A stretch of DNA of 59,726 bases, counting the filler, from Squatina squatina (Eukaryota), in the NCBI GenBank assembly GCA_031763465.1. It is 3 parts of 3 records of this genome, joined end to end, with 100 filler letters (N's around TTAATTAATTAA, not from the genome) between each part and the next. Parts side by side here need not be neighbours in the genome. Positions count along the whole stretch, not along the records: positions 41,557 to 59,726 come from JARFOE010000230.1; 2 more parts are not named here. One strand, 5' to 3'. Below are positions 50,185 through 59,726 of this stretch, piece by piece. Numbering within the stretch: the stretch's first letter is position 1; the number at the start of each line of letters is the position of its first letter. The translations under genes and the position numbers were made by a program. The notes under the pieces were generated by a model. That model saw only the letters and a list, made by a program, of their open reading frames with translations. It was not told the DNA's origin and did no database searches.

Positions 50185-50315
50185 ATGAGATTATGTGTAT
50201 GTGTTAGTCCATGCAGCAGGGCCTGGTCTCCAATCATCTCGGGCTTTCTTGCCATTGGGCCAAGACTTTGCTCGGCCAAGACCGTGTGGTAGCCGATCAC
50301 CCCACGTTAAAAGAA
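50185..50315 (-). mobile_element. RTE-related repeat fragment
   Basis: TCCATGCAGCAG...GGTCTCCA...CTTGCCATTGGGCCAAGAC...CCGTGTGGTAGC...CACCCCACGTTAAAA resembles an RTE-associated repeat (recall only). Confidence 0.4.
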
Positions 50316-50439
50316 NNNNNNNNNNNNNNNNNNNNNNNNNNNNNNNNNNNNNNNNNNNNNNNNNNNNNNNNNNNNNNNNNNNNNNNNNNNNNNNNNNNNN
50401 NNNNNNNNNNNNNNNTTAATTCTTGCAGCCTTGTCTCAA

Positions 50440-50708
50440 GTGACACAATCTACTCCTCTTTCCCTGACATCCTTGATTCACAATTAGCTGCCACTCTTAA
50501 ATGTCCCATGCTGCTGCTGCCCTCCCTGCTTTCAAAAGCCTAATAAAGGCTTTTCTCTTCAACCATTCTTTTGGCCCCACCCCTTAATTACATTCTATGT
50601 ATTCTTTTAACTCTCACGCAGTACTCTTCCAATTCTCTAATCTGTACAATATTCTGGAACATCTTTCTGTTGCAAAAAGCACTATATAAATTCAAGTTGT
50701 TGTTGCTG
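50440..50708 (+). mobile_element. L2-like LINE 3' end
   Basis: TTCAAAAGCCTAATAAAGGCTTTTCTCTTC...AAGCACTATATAAATTCAAGTTGTTGTTG tail. Confidence 0.6.
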
Positions 50709-50956
50709 AATCCTTTAAAATTTACGAAAAACCATTGGGTGAATTCAGTGCGCCCAGTGAGGAGTTGCATTTGAAGGGAGAATCAGAGCTGCAGTGTTGT
50801 AACTATCTATGACCTGTGATCCCTCATGAAGTGGTTCACTGCTGGGAGCACAGGATCGATCAGTTAATATCTGCACATATTGTAAAATAGTAAAAATTAA
50901 AAGAATAAGATTGTGTTTAAAAGTAATGATTTGTGTATTTTATAGGAAAAGACATC

Positions 50957-51535
50957 ATTGCGCTTTTAGGCTCAACAATGACTGCTACTTACACCCGCCC
51001 TAGGGCAACTAGTGCAAATTTTCTGCCAGCCATTTCAACGATGGCATCAAGTTACAAAGGGCACTATCCTCTTAATGTGTTCAGACACAGCGCAATGATG
51101 CCTTGGAGACCGAGCACTTACTACAAAATGGCATGCATCGCTCCTACCATGGCTTCTTTTTCTATGAATGTCCCTGGACATATTGAAGCCAAAGGTGCTC
51201 ATTTCCCATCCAGCAGAACAACACTATTTACTAGATACACACCTCAGGATTGGCGTGAATCTAACCAGATCAACTACAGGGAGTCCGAGTCCTCCAGGCA
51301 CAGTGCAGAGAGGCTAAGGATTGACACTGCCCGTCTGATCCAGAACAAGGATAACATTACCAAGAAAACACAGTTTGAAACCAACAAGAATTTAGGAGAA
51401 CGTGTCAATGACATTATGTTTTGGAAATCTGAATTGGCTCATGAGACTGAGCAGATGATTGGGGAGACTAATTCTCTCACAGAGATCAAGAAACGTTTGG
51501 AGCGAGCCTTGGCAGCAACTGAGGGTCCTCTTCAG
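50957..51535 (+). CDS. TEKT3: Tektin-3 first coding exon
   Basis: tttatag acceptor ending 50945; [49 protein letters not shown]; CAG|gtaaaa. The conserved start position is ATT (50957); first ATG at 50978. Confidence 0.95.
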
Positions 51536-52960
51536 GTAAAAGACACATTAATGCTGAATTATTTTATATTTGAATGTTCTAATACTGCAGTATACTTTAA
51601 TTATGCACAGATACTCTAATTAGAAATAACTGCTTTGAATTAATTAACATGTAGATAAATGTAGCCGTTTTAAAGGGAAAACATTTTAATTGTTTAATGA
51701 ATAGCCTTATTTACTTAGANNNNNNNNNNNNNNNNNNNNNNNNNNNNNNNNNNNNNNNNNNNNNNNNNNNNNNNNNNNNNNNNNNNNNNNNNNNNNNNNN
51801 NNNNNNNNNNNNNNNNNNNNNNNNNNNNNNNNNNNNNNNNNNNNNNNNNNNNNNNNNNNNNNNNNNNNNNNNNNNNNNNNNNNNNNNNNNNNNNNNNNNN
51901 NNNNNNNNNNNNNNNNNNNNNNNNNNNNNNNNNNNNNNNNNNNNNNNNNNNNNNNNNNNNNNNNNNNNNNNNNNNNNNNNNNNNNNNNNNNNNNNNNNNN
52001 NNNNNNNNNNNNNNNNNNNNNNNNNNNNNNNNNNNNNNNNNNNNNNNNNNNNNNNNNNNNNNNNNNNNNNNNNNNNNNNNNNNNNNNNNNNNNNNNNNNN
52101 NNNNNNNNNNNNNNNNNNNNNNNNNNNNNNNNNNNNNNNNNNNNNNNNNNNNNNNNNNNNNNNNNNNNNNNNNNNNNNNNNNNNNNNNNNNNNNNNNNNN
52201 NNNNNNNNNNNNNNNNNNNNNNNNNNNNNNNNNNNNNNNNNNNNNNNNNNNNNNNNNNNNNNNNNNNNNNNNNNNNNNNNNNNNNNNNNNNNNNNNNNNN
52301 NNNNNNNNNNNNNNNNNNNNNNNNNNNNNNNNNNNNNNNNNNNNNNNNNNNNNNNNNNNNNNNNNNNNNNNNNNNNNNNNNNNNNNNNNNNNNNNNNNNN
52401 NNNNNNNNNNNNNNNNNNNNNNNNNNNNCGGTACAATGGTCTCGTGAATTGTTTATTTCCTGCTTTCGAAAGTCGAAGATCATGTGAACTGATGACATTT
52501 CACCAGTAAGTTGTTCAATGCCTGGGCATGTGACACATAACTTAGATATTAGACGGGTAAAGGAACAACTGGGTCAAATGGAGTGATGGCTCACCTATAG
52601 GAATAGTCTGACATGCTAAACGTGAGAACAATATCTAAGCGTTAGAAGCCAAAAGCCTAGCAGCAGTTACGATATTGCCAACACCTTTTTTGAATGCATT
52701 TATGATGTCACACTTCTAGTGATCAGAGCAGTTCTTTTCTCCCTCCCTACCCCAGTGCTTTGCAGTTTACATTATTGGCATTGCAAAATAAGACACTTTA
52801 CTTGAAACAGCCTTTGCATTGTGTAGAATTGTTGCATTCTTCAAAAGGTTTTTCTTAATCTCAAAAGAAAATGTTCAATGGGTGTATTATAACAGCAATT
52901 AACAACTCAGTTCTAGTATTATTGTCAAATAAAGAACATTAGGGTCTGACAAATCAATAA

Positions 52961-53230
<270 letters not shown>

Positions 53231-53237
53231 TGAATAG

Positions 53238-53308
53238 GAGGTTGAATGCATAAAGTCGTGTCAAGAAAGAATGAGAAGACATCTAGACCGGGCAATAGCC
53301 CAACTTGT
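53238..53308 (+). CDS. TEKT3: Tektin-3 exon
   Basis: gaatag|EVECIKSCQERMRRHLDRAIAQL(GT)|gtaagg; 71 bp, after a 103-bp intron. Confidence 0.92.
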
Positions 53309-54394
53309 GTAAGGGTACCATTTGAGTTACAAAGTGAACCACACATTTAAAACTTTAAGGAGAGATTTGAGGGATACAGCTTTAGGGTAGGAAGAGGATC
53401 AAAAAGTGTCAAATTGAATCCTGAAATAAATCCTATATGCTGAATTGAGCTTAGTGCGGTGTATGACCCTTTTCTTCTTCTGTATACTTGGCTGATAGCA
53501 TTGGGTGTTGATGTTTTGAAACACCAAGGACTTTAAGTATTTTACAGGTTTAATTTTGGTGTGAATGCAGTAATACAATGTTGCAGAGTTCCTTTGACCA
53601 ATCAAATTGCAGAGAACCAAGGTCCACTGTCTCAACAACTGATCACCTCTCAGAGTTTCAACCAGTTAGATCTCAGAGACCACTAACCTCTCCACCAACC
53701 TTTTCAACTAAAGTACAGCACCTGATTACATACAGATATTATGTAACCAGGGACCAATCAGATCCCAGAACAATCTCTGTCGTGTAATTTCTGATTGGTC
53801 TTTTTTGTGATATAATTGTGTCAAAAAACAACCAATTCACATTCTTCCAAAAGAAAACAATGTGGCGTTTAGTTGTCATGACAGTTTCTCGTCCAACCCC
53901 AAATTACCCCTAAAAATAAAGCTTACAACGTAATAAACATGTAAAACATCAACAATTCATAAAAAATAAACACACAAATAAATAATTATAACTTTTGCTC
54001 CATCAACTTTACTTACCCCANNNNNNNNNNNNNNNNNNNNNNNNNNNNNNNNNNNNNNNNNNNNNNNNNNNNNNNNNNNNNNNNNNNNNNNNNNNNNNNN
54101 NNNNNNNNNNNNNNNNNNNNTGATTATAACAGAATGCCAAACACATTTTGTACTTTTATTTTCCATTTTAGCAAACAGCATTGTGGTTTTAAAGAATATT
54201 TTTGAAAATAAATACAGTACATGAAGGATAACTCACTGACAGCAGAAAAGTTGGAGCTAACTTCATGAGTGAGAAAGATCAGCAACTCATGAGAAATAAG
54301 CTCTTCTGCTGTTGCTGGCACAGACTGTTACTTGTAATTCTCATCATGTGCATGTTCCTGTTCCATACAAACTATATTGACAAAGATTCAAACC

Positions 54395-54616
54395 AACTTT
54401 GGAATTCTCTACCGCAAAGGGCTGTGGATGTTGAATCGTTGAGTACATTCAAAGCTGAGATCGATAGATATTTGGACTCATGGGGAATCAAGGAATGTGG
54501 GGATAGTGCAGGAAAGTGGAGTTGAGGTTGAAGATCAGCCATGAACTTATTGAATGGCGGAGCAGGCTCAAAGGGCCATGTGGCCTACTCCTGCTCCTAG
54601 TTCTCATGTTCTTATG
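54395..54616 (+). mobile_element. CR1 3' end in a TEKT3 intron
   Basis: LWNSLPQRAVDVESLSTFKAEIDRYL plus tail. Confidence 0.92.
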
Positions 54617-55169
54617 CCTTTTTTCTTAAGTAATCTGTGCATGTGATGAAATTAGGGGCAGGATAATGCACTATGGGGTCTACTCAAACTAACACAGCTT
54701 ACTCATTTAGTCTAAATTAGTGGAAAAGAATGCCGGAAAGTAATGTTTTATATAAAATAAAACATTATTTGTGATCAATGGAATGAATTTTCTTGCTTGC
54801 AATTAGTGCACGGACCTTGAAATTTGATTAATTTAGTATGAGACTTCTCAAGTTTTCACTTATTAAAGCCCCCTAGGTTGCCATGGAATCTTTCTCCTAG
54901 TAAGAATTGTGGGCAAACATAGTCCTGATGTAGTTTCATCTTCATGGCAGGAGATTCAATGACTTAAATGAGAGTCTTTATTCATCCATAATAATTAGCA
55001 GGACAAAGAGACAATGTGGGCCAAGTAAGTAATCACATTATTCCCCAATCAGAGGAACAAGAAATAAGTCAGAATATTCATCGTCATCAAATGGAAAAAG
55101 CAGAAAGTGATGTAATCGAAGAAATAATTTCACCCCTGCAGTTGTTTTCCATTTAAAGCCTGATAGTAG

Positions 55170-55427
<258 letters not shown>

Positions 55428-56259
55428 AGAAAAAAATTGACACTTACATTAGTTTACAATGAATAGATTTACTATGCATCGTCATGGGTACAATTGCTTA
55501 AAATTACACTTTGACTGTTTCACTTGTGTTGGGGAGCTATGGTAGTTCTTTACTGAGTTTAAAAATCTGTAATTAACAAATGCTGCAGGCACCAGTTAAT
55601 TTGTGATCTTTTGATAAATTAAAGACTGTCTGAAAGTCAACAGTGTCACTGAAGTATTTTGTTTACTTTATAGGCGCTCTGTTCCTCATAGAATAATCTT
55701 TTAAATAAATGTTGGTACACTGCATGCCATTGATATTATGGATTATTTCACACAAACTAATTAACATTTTTGATTTTTACACACAGAATATCAACCATGT
55801 AAACAACAATACAATCTGTTTAGAACAGACATTTCATAGTAATTTTTAAAAGTGCATTCGATAGANNNNNNNNNNNNNNNNNNNNNNNNNNNNNNNNNNN
55901 NNNNNNNNNNNNNNNNNNNNNNNNNNNNNNNNNNNNNNNNNNNNNNNNNNNNNNNNNNNNNNNNNTTGTGCACCTCCCTTGTGATCTCAAAGCCTTTTGT
56001 GAGCAATTACTTGCTTCCTTGGTCCCGTTAAATCAGTGAATATTGTGCTGCATTAAACAAAAAGTGGAACTGCATCAGAAGAGGTTAACAGCAGCGCCTG
56101 ATGACTACACACCAGTACTTGTGCTGCCATTCATTTGAAACCTCAGAAACCACAGTGAACAAGTAGCTGTTGAAATATTTCCCTCACAGCAGCCTGCAAT
56201 CTATTCACCAAATTGTTCTCAAAACAAATCAATGAACTTGTGACACTTCTCAGCCCCAT

Positions 56260-56509
56260 GGCCCAGAATTGCAGTGATTCTTTTGAAGTCAAGAAATGCA
56301 GTTTGCAAATAATTGAGCCCCGCCCCCAGCCATCATTCGGCCAATAAAGAGGCGGCCACAGGCCCGCCCCTTTAAGAGGGCCGTTGCAGCGATAGGTTTT
56401 GCCCAGGAGGAGAGATGGCTGCCTCCTGGTGCCATGTTGTCCTGTTCTGCCCCATTTAGCACCTCCAGGGGGCACTAGTGGAGTGAAACAAGAGATGAAT
56501 TTCTAGCCC
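56260..56509. mobile_element. GC-rich MITE-like element
   Basis: GGCCCAGAATT ... GAATTTCTAGCCC imperfect inverted termini. Confidence 0.55.
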
Positions 56510-56627
56510 AGAACCTGGGACTCTGCTCTGTATGGATTAGTACCATTGCCTTTATCTGCTAATCATCAGGGGAGTGGGCCATTGGGAATTCTTTTATGCT
56601 ACTAAAGTTACTTTAAATGTTACTTAC

Positions 56628-56749
56628 CTCACCACCGTTCACATAGTCCAGGACAAAGTACAGCTTGTCTGTAGTTTGGAAGGAGTAGTGGAGCCCTACT
56701 AGGAAAGGGTGCTTCATGTTTTTCAGGAGGACACTGCGCTCAGCCATGA
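56628..56749 (-). CDS. SGK-family kinase exon (SGK2/SGK3-like), 5' end in gap
   Basis: [41 protein letters not shown] then GAG|gtaagt. Confidence 0.9.
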
Positions 56750-57606
56750 NNNNNNNNNNNNNNNNNNNNNNNNNNNNNNNNNNNNNNNNNNNNNNNNNNN
56801 NNNNNNNNNNNNNNNNNNNNNNNNNNNNNNNNNNNNNNNNNNNNNNNNNTACATATTTGTTTGTAGGCGGGAGAAGCACTTTTTTTTTTGTAGCCAGTTC
56901 TCGCCTGAAGCCAGCAGTGGTGCGGGGCACCATGTTCTTTGGGTGCTCCTATTTTGGGGGACCCAGCAAGCTGCTGAACAGGAAATTATGTAGGAGGCTC
57001 GCAACAATTGCTCCAAGCTCATTAGGGTGTTTCCAACTGGCCTGTGTCTCCTGTAGGTTCAGGCCAAGCTTTTGCTCCCAAGGAAAGCTCTTAAAAATAC
57101 CAAAGTAATGAGCAAGGAGCAGTGTTCTGGGCCCTTCCTTGACCTGTGCATCTGAAACAGTGTGTATTTTGTGGGGGGAGGGGTAAAAGTCAGGAAAATC
57201 TGCCCTTTTTATGTTTCTGCACATTACTTCCAGGCCATGGCCTAGACACAGCATTGCAAATCAACTGAGGCATACAGCCTAAATTGTATGTTTGGCACTT
57301 AATCTAACCCTGAAGCTCAATGAATACCAGTTTTCAGTGATTTGGGTGTGGTACTCTAGACATTAGTAGTGTATGTGACCTCACTTTTGGCTTTTAAAAA
57401 AAACCATGGTTCAAGTTTCATTATTGCAATACCTGCATCCATAACATAGTTTTATACTTCTAGTTAAAATTGATGGCTCCTTTCACTACAGCATTTGTAG
57501 AATTATCCCCTATGAGGGAGTTAAACTATAGGGAGTGAATTTACAAATGGATCTTGTGATGCTCTTTCATTGTAAATAATGTTTATNNNNNNNNNNAGAT
57601 TTTCAG

Positions 57607-57747
57607 AATGGCTGCAAGCTGTTCAAGCTATGATGATTCTGTCCATCATCTTCAGCTTCTTGTCAGTGATTTTGTTCTTCTGCCAGTTGTTCACACTCCA
57701 GAAAGGAGGTCGGTTTTACATCACTGGAATCTTTCAGCTACTTGCAG
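57607..57747 (+). CDS. PMP22: Peripheral myelin protein 22 internal exon
   Basis: ttttcag|AA..G|gtaagt, 141 bp; (E)[46 protein letters not shown]; downstream of TEKT3 on the same strand. Confidence 0.93.
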
Positions 57748-58239
57748 GTAAGTTTAAAGATATACTATTATGTTTTTGCAATGTCTGTGCAAGAATGATG
57801 AATAATTGAGGAATCTACTTCTTTATTCTGTTGCACTATGAATTGTTCTGATTGCGTTAAATTGCTCTATGATAATTACTATGATCTCTGAAGTGTCTTA
57901 AAGGCTGGATTTCAGAGTTGTACATTGTGTGGACTGATGCACACTTATCACACATAGCAGTCCAACCTTATTTTCCCCCCACTTTTCTAAACCTCGGTTT
58001 CTGGTTCCTGTCAGCTTGCTTCCTCCTTCAGCTGAGGTAACAGGATAGTTTGGGTGGTGGACCTATTGATGAATGCTGCCATAGCATTCCTTTGTGCCAT
58101 GGACAATAGGAGGTTGACTTTAACATTGGTGCAGTGAGACTGGTTCTACTGGACAATTTTGCTCTTTGTTAACCTGGAGGACGTTCCTAAGCAAGAAGGA
58201 GCCAACTCAATGGAGTTTTACAAGTTTCAGTCATGCTAC

Positions 58240-58710
58240 AACTGTAGACAATTTGGGTGGAGCATCGAGCCTGTCCCATACCATCATAGTACAACTGAGC
58301 ATCATGATTCCCAGTGTCCCCGCCCACCAGCAGCCATGTCATTTCCTGGGAGAGGCAGAAAGCCTAGGCCAATGGAAGGGAAAACATCTTGGAAATTCTT
58401 CTCCAACTTCAAAAGGCGGTCAAAACAAGTTGCAGGAGGCCAGGGTGACTGAGACACATCACCCGATAACCCCACCTACCTCCTTGTATGCTGTGATATT
58501 GGCCAAAGCCAGGAATTCGTTCAAATTTTTTGAATGCTTGCAGCTGATCCACATTACCTCCATCTTGCTCCAGAGGTTGACTTCTTGGCATGAAGAAAAT
58601 CTTCCTGGAGTTTAACTTGAGCCTTGGCTTACTTAACTTACACACGTTCCCTGCTATCTGAATCATATAGTTTCTCCATATGGACACAGTCCAGTCCTTT
58701 CCTTATTTTA
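58240..58710 (-). mobile_element. Old CR1-type 3' fragment
   Basis: GCATCGAGCCTGTCCCA, and a minus-strand RLKLNSRKIFF...QAFKK remnant. Confidence 0.5.
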
Positions 58711-59726
58711 GAAACCTGCAACAGGAACTAAGCTGCCCTTGTTAGATTATATTTGATACAAAGGTAATAATAACCTTCCTATTGTGTATTTTCAAATACA
58801 GAAATTAGTTGTGGAAAACTGAGGCCCTACAATTCCATGAGAGTTCTACGCACCATCTGCCAAAACTCTGGGCCTCTGGCATGTTCTCATTGAGCCACAG
58901 ACCCTGATTAATCTTCTCACTGAACCAAACCCTGACCAAACTTCACACTGANNNNNNNNNNNNNNNNNNNNNNNNNNNNNNNNNNNNNNNNNNNNNNNNN
59001 NNNNNNNNNNNNNNNNNNNNNNNNNNNNNNNNNNNNNNNNNNNNNNNNNNNNNNNNNNNNNNNNNNNNNNNNNNNNNNNNNNNNNNNNNNNNNNNNNCGA
59101 GTGGAGAACAGTTCCCTAAGCCAGTTAGTATTTACAAAAGAAGTTAGACCCTAGAATGATCCAAGTGCAATGGGTAGAACAGAAGCTGGATGTGGTTTCT
59201 CTACATTGTATGTTCTAGTTACTGTACAATAAATGTGTTGGAATTCTACTGTACTTTGGAATGACCAGTCCCAGTCCAATTTATGTGAAGTTGGAAATTT
59301 TTGATTCTTCTGTGCTGCAGAAGTGTGGGTGTGATATCCACCATGGGTATGGCCAATTGCTAATAAGCTTAACAATTTATCATTCAATGATTTTTTTAAA
59401 TTTCAAAATGAGAAATATTGCAATGAAATTCAAGTTTGGAGTTGTGGCGGTCTGATGATAAAGAGGTATTTAATGATGTTGAGAATGTGCCATGAATAGA
59501 AATACCATTTGTTGAAGGCTGGCATGTGAGACTTTTTTTAATGTTAAGTAGCATTATTATTGACTTGGCTTGTTATGATCAGAATGGTAAAATGGCAATC
59601 AGGCCAACTCACATCCTTGAAGGACTAGGTCATAGGTATTTCTGATGTTATAAACCTAGATAGGCTAGCTCTACATGCTCATTCCTTAAAGCCTGGAGTT
59701 GTGTCCATAGATTTATTAACACTTGC

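Noticed and set aside
49518-50207. 229-aa ORF and overlapping antisense ORFs
   Set aside because: GC-rich, palindromic, repeat-like DNA that is poor in stop codons; no recognisable domain and no ATG at the annotated start
837-52509. Long ORFs made mostly of X residues (e.g. 837-1775, 9142-10308, 31508-32519, 43623-44283, 51697-52509)
   Set aside because: They are artefacts of translating through N gaps

Overview
This is not prokaryotic DNA. It is a highly fragmented vertebrate draft assembly, and the repeat families (CR1 LINE tails, Deu-domain SINEs, Penelope-like ends, Harbinger-like elements) point to a cartilaginous fish, most likely a shark. Contigs of about 0.3-2.5 kb are joined by 10-N, 100-N and variable N gaps. 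Two artificial TTAATTAATTAA linkers (20930-20941 and 41501-41512) split the window into three unrelated scaffolds. Recognisable spliced coding exons are: three of PRKCQ (+), one septin-4-like exon lying between them (+), a truncated WWC1/KIBRA exon with an in-frame stop (+), the 3' part of a DIRAS-family GTPase (-), four of TEKT3 (+), part of an SGK-family kinase exon (-) and one of PMP22 (+). TEKT3 followed by PMP22 matches known vertebrate synteny. The rest is intronic or intergenic DNA rich in decayed retroposons and MITE-like inverted repeats. I found no convincing new biological system. The oddest gene juxtapositions are best explained by scaffolding or chimeric assembly. Points worth checking are the ATT at the conserved TEKT3 start, the WWC1 stop-containing exon, a 59-bp hairpin beside a CRE/CCAAT module, and a CTCF-like motif inside a MITE. 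All gene and repeat-family names come from my recall of the families, not from a database search.
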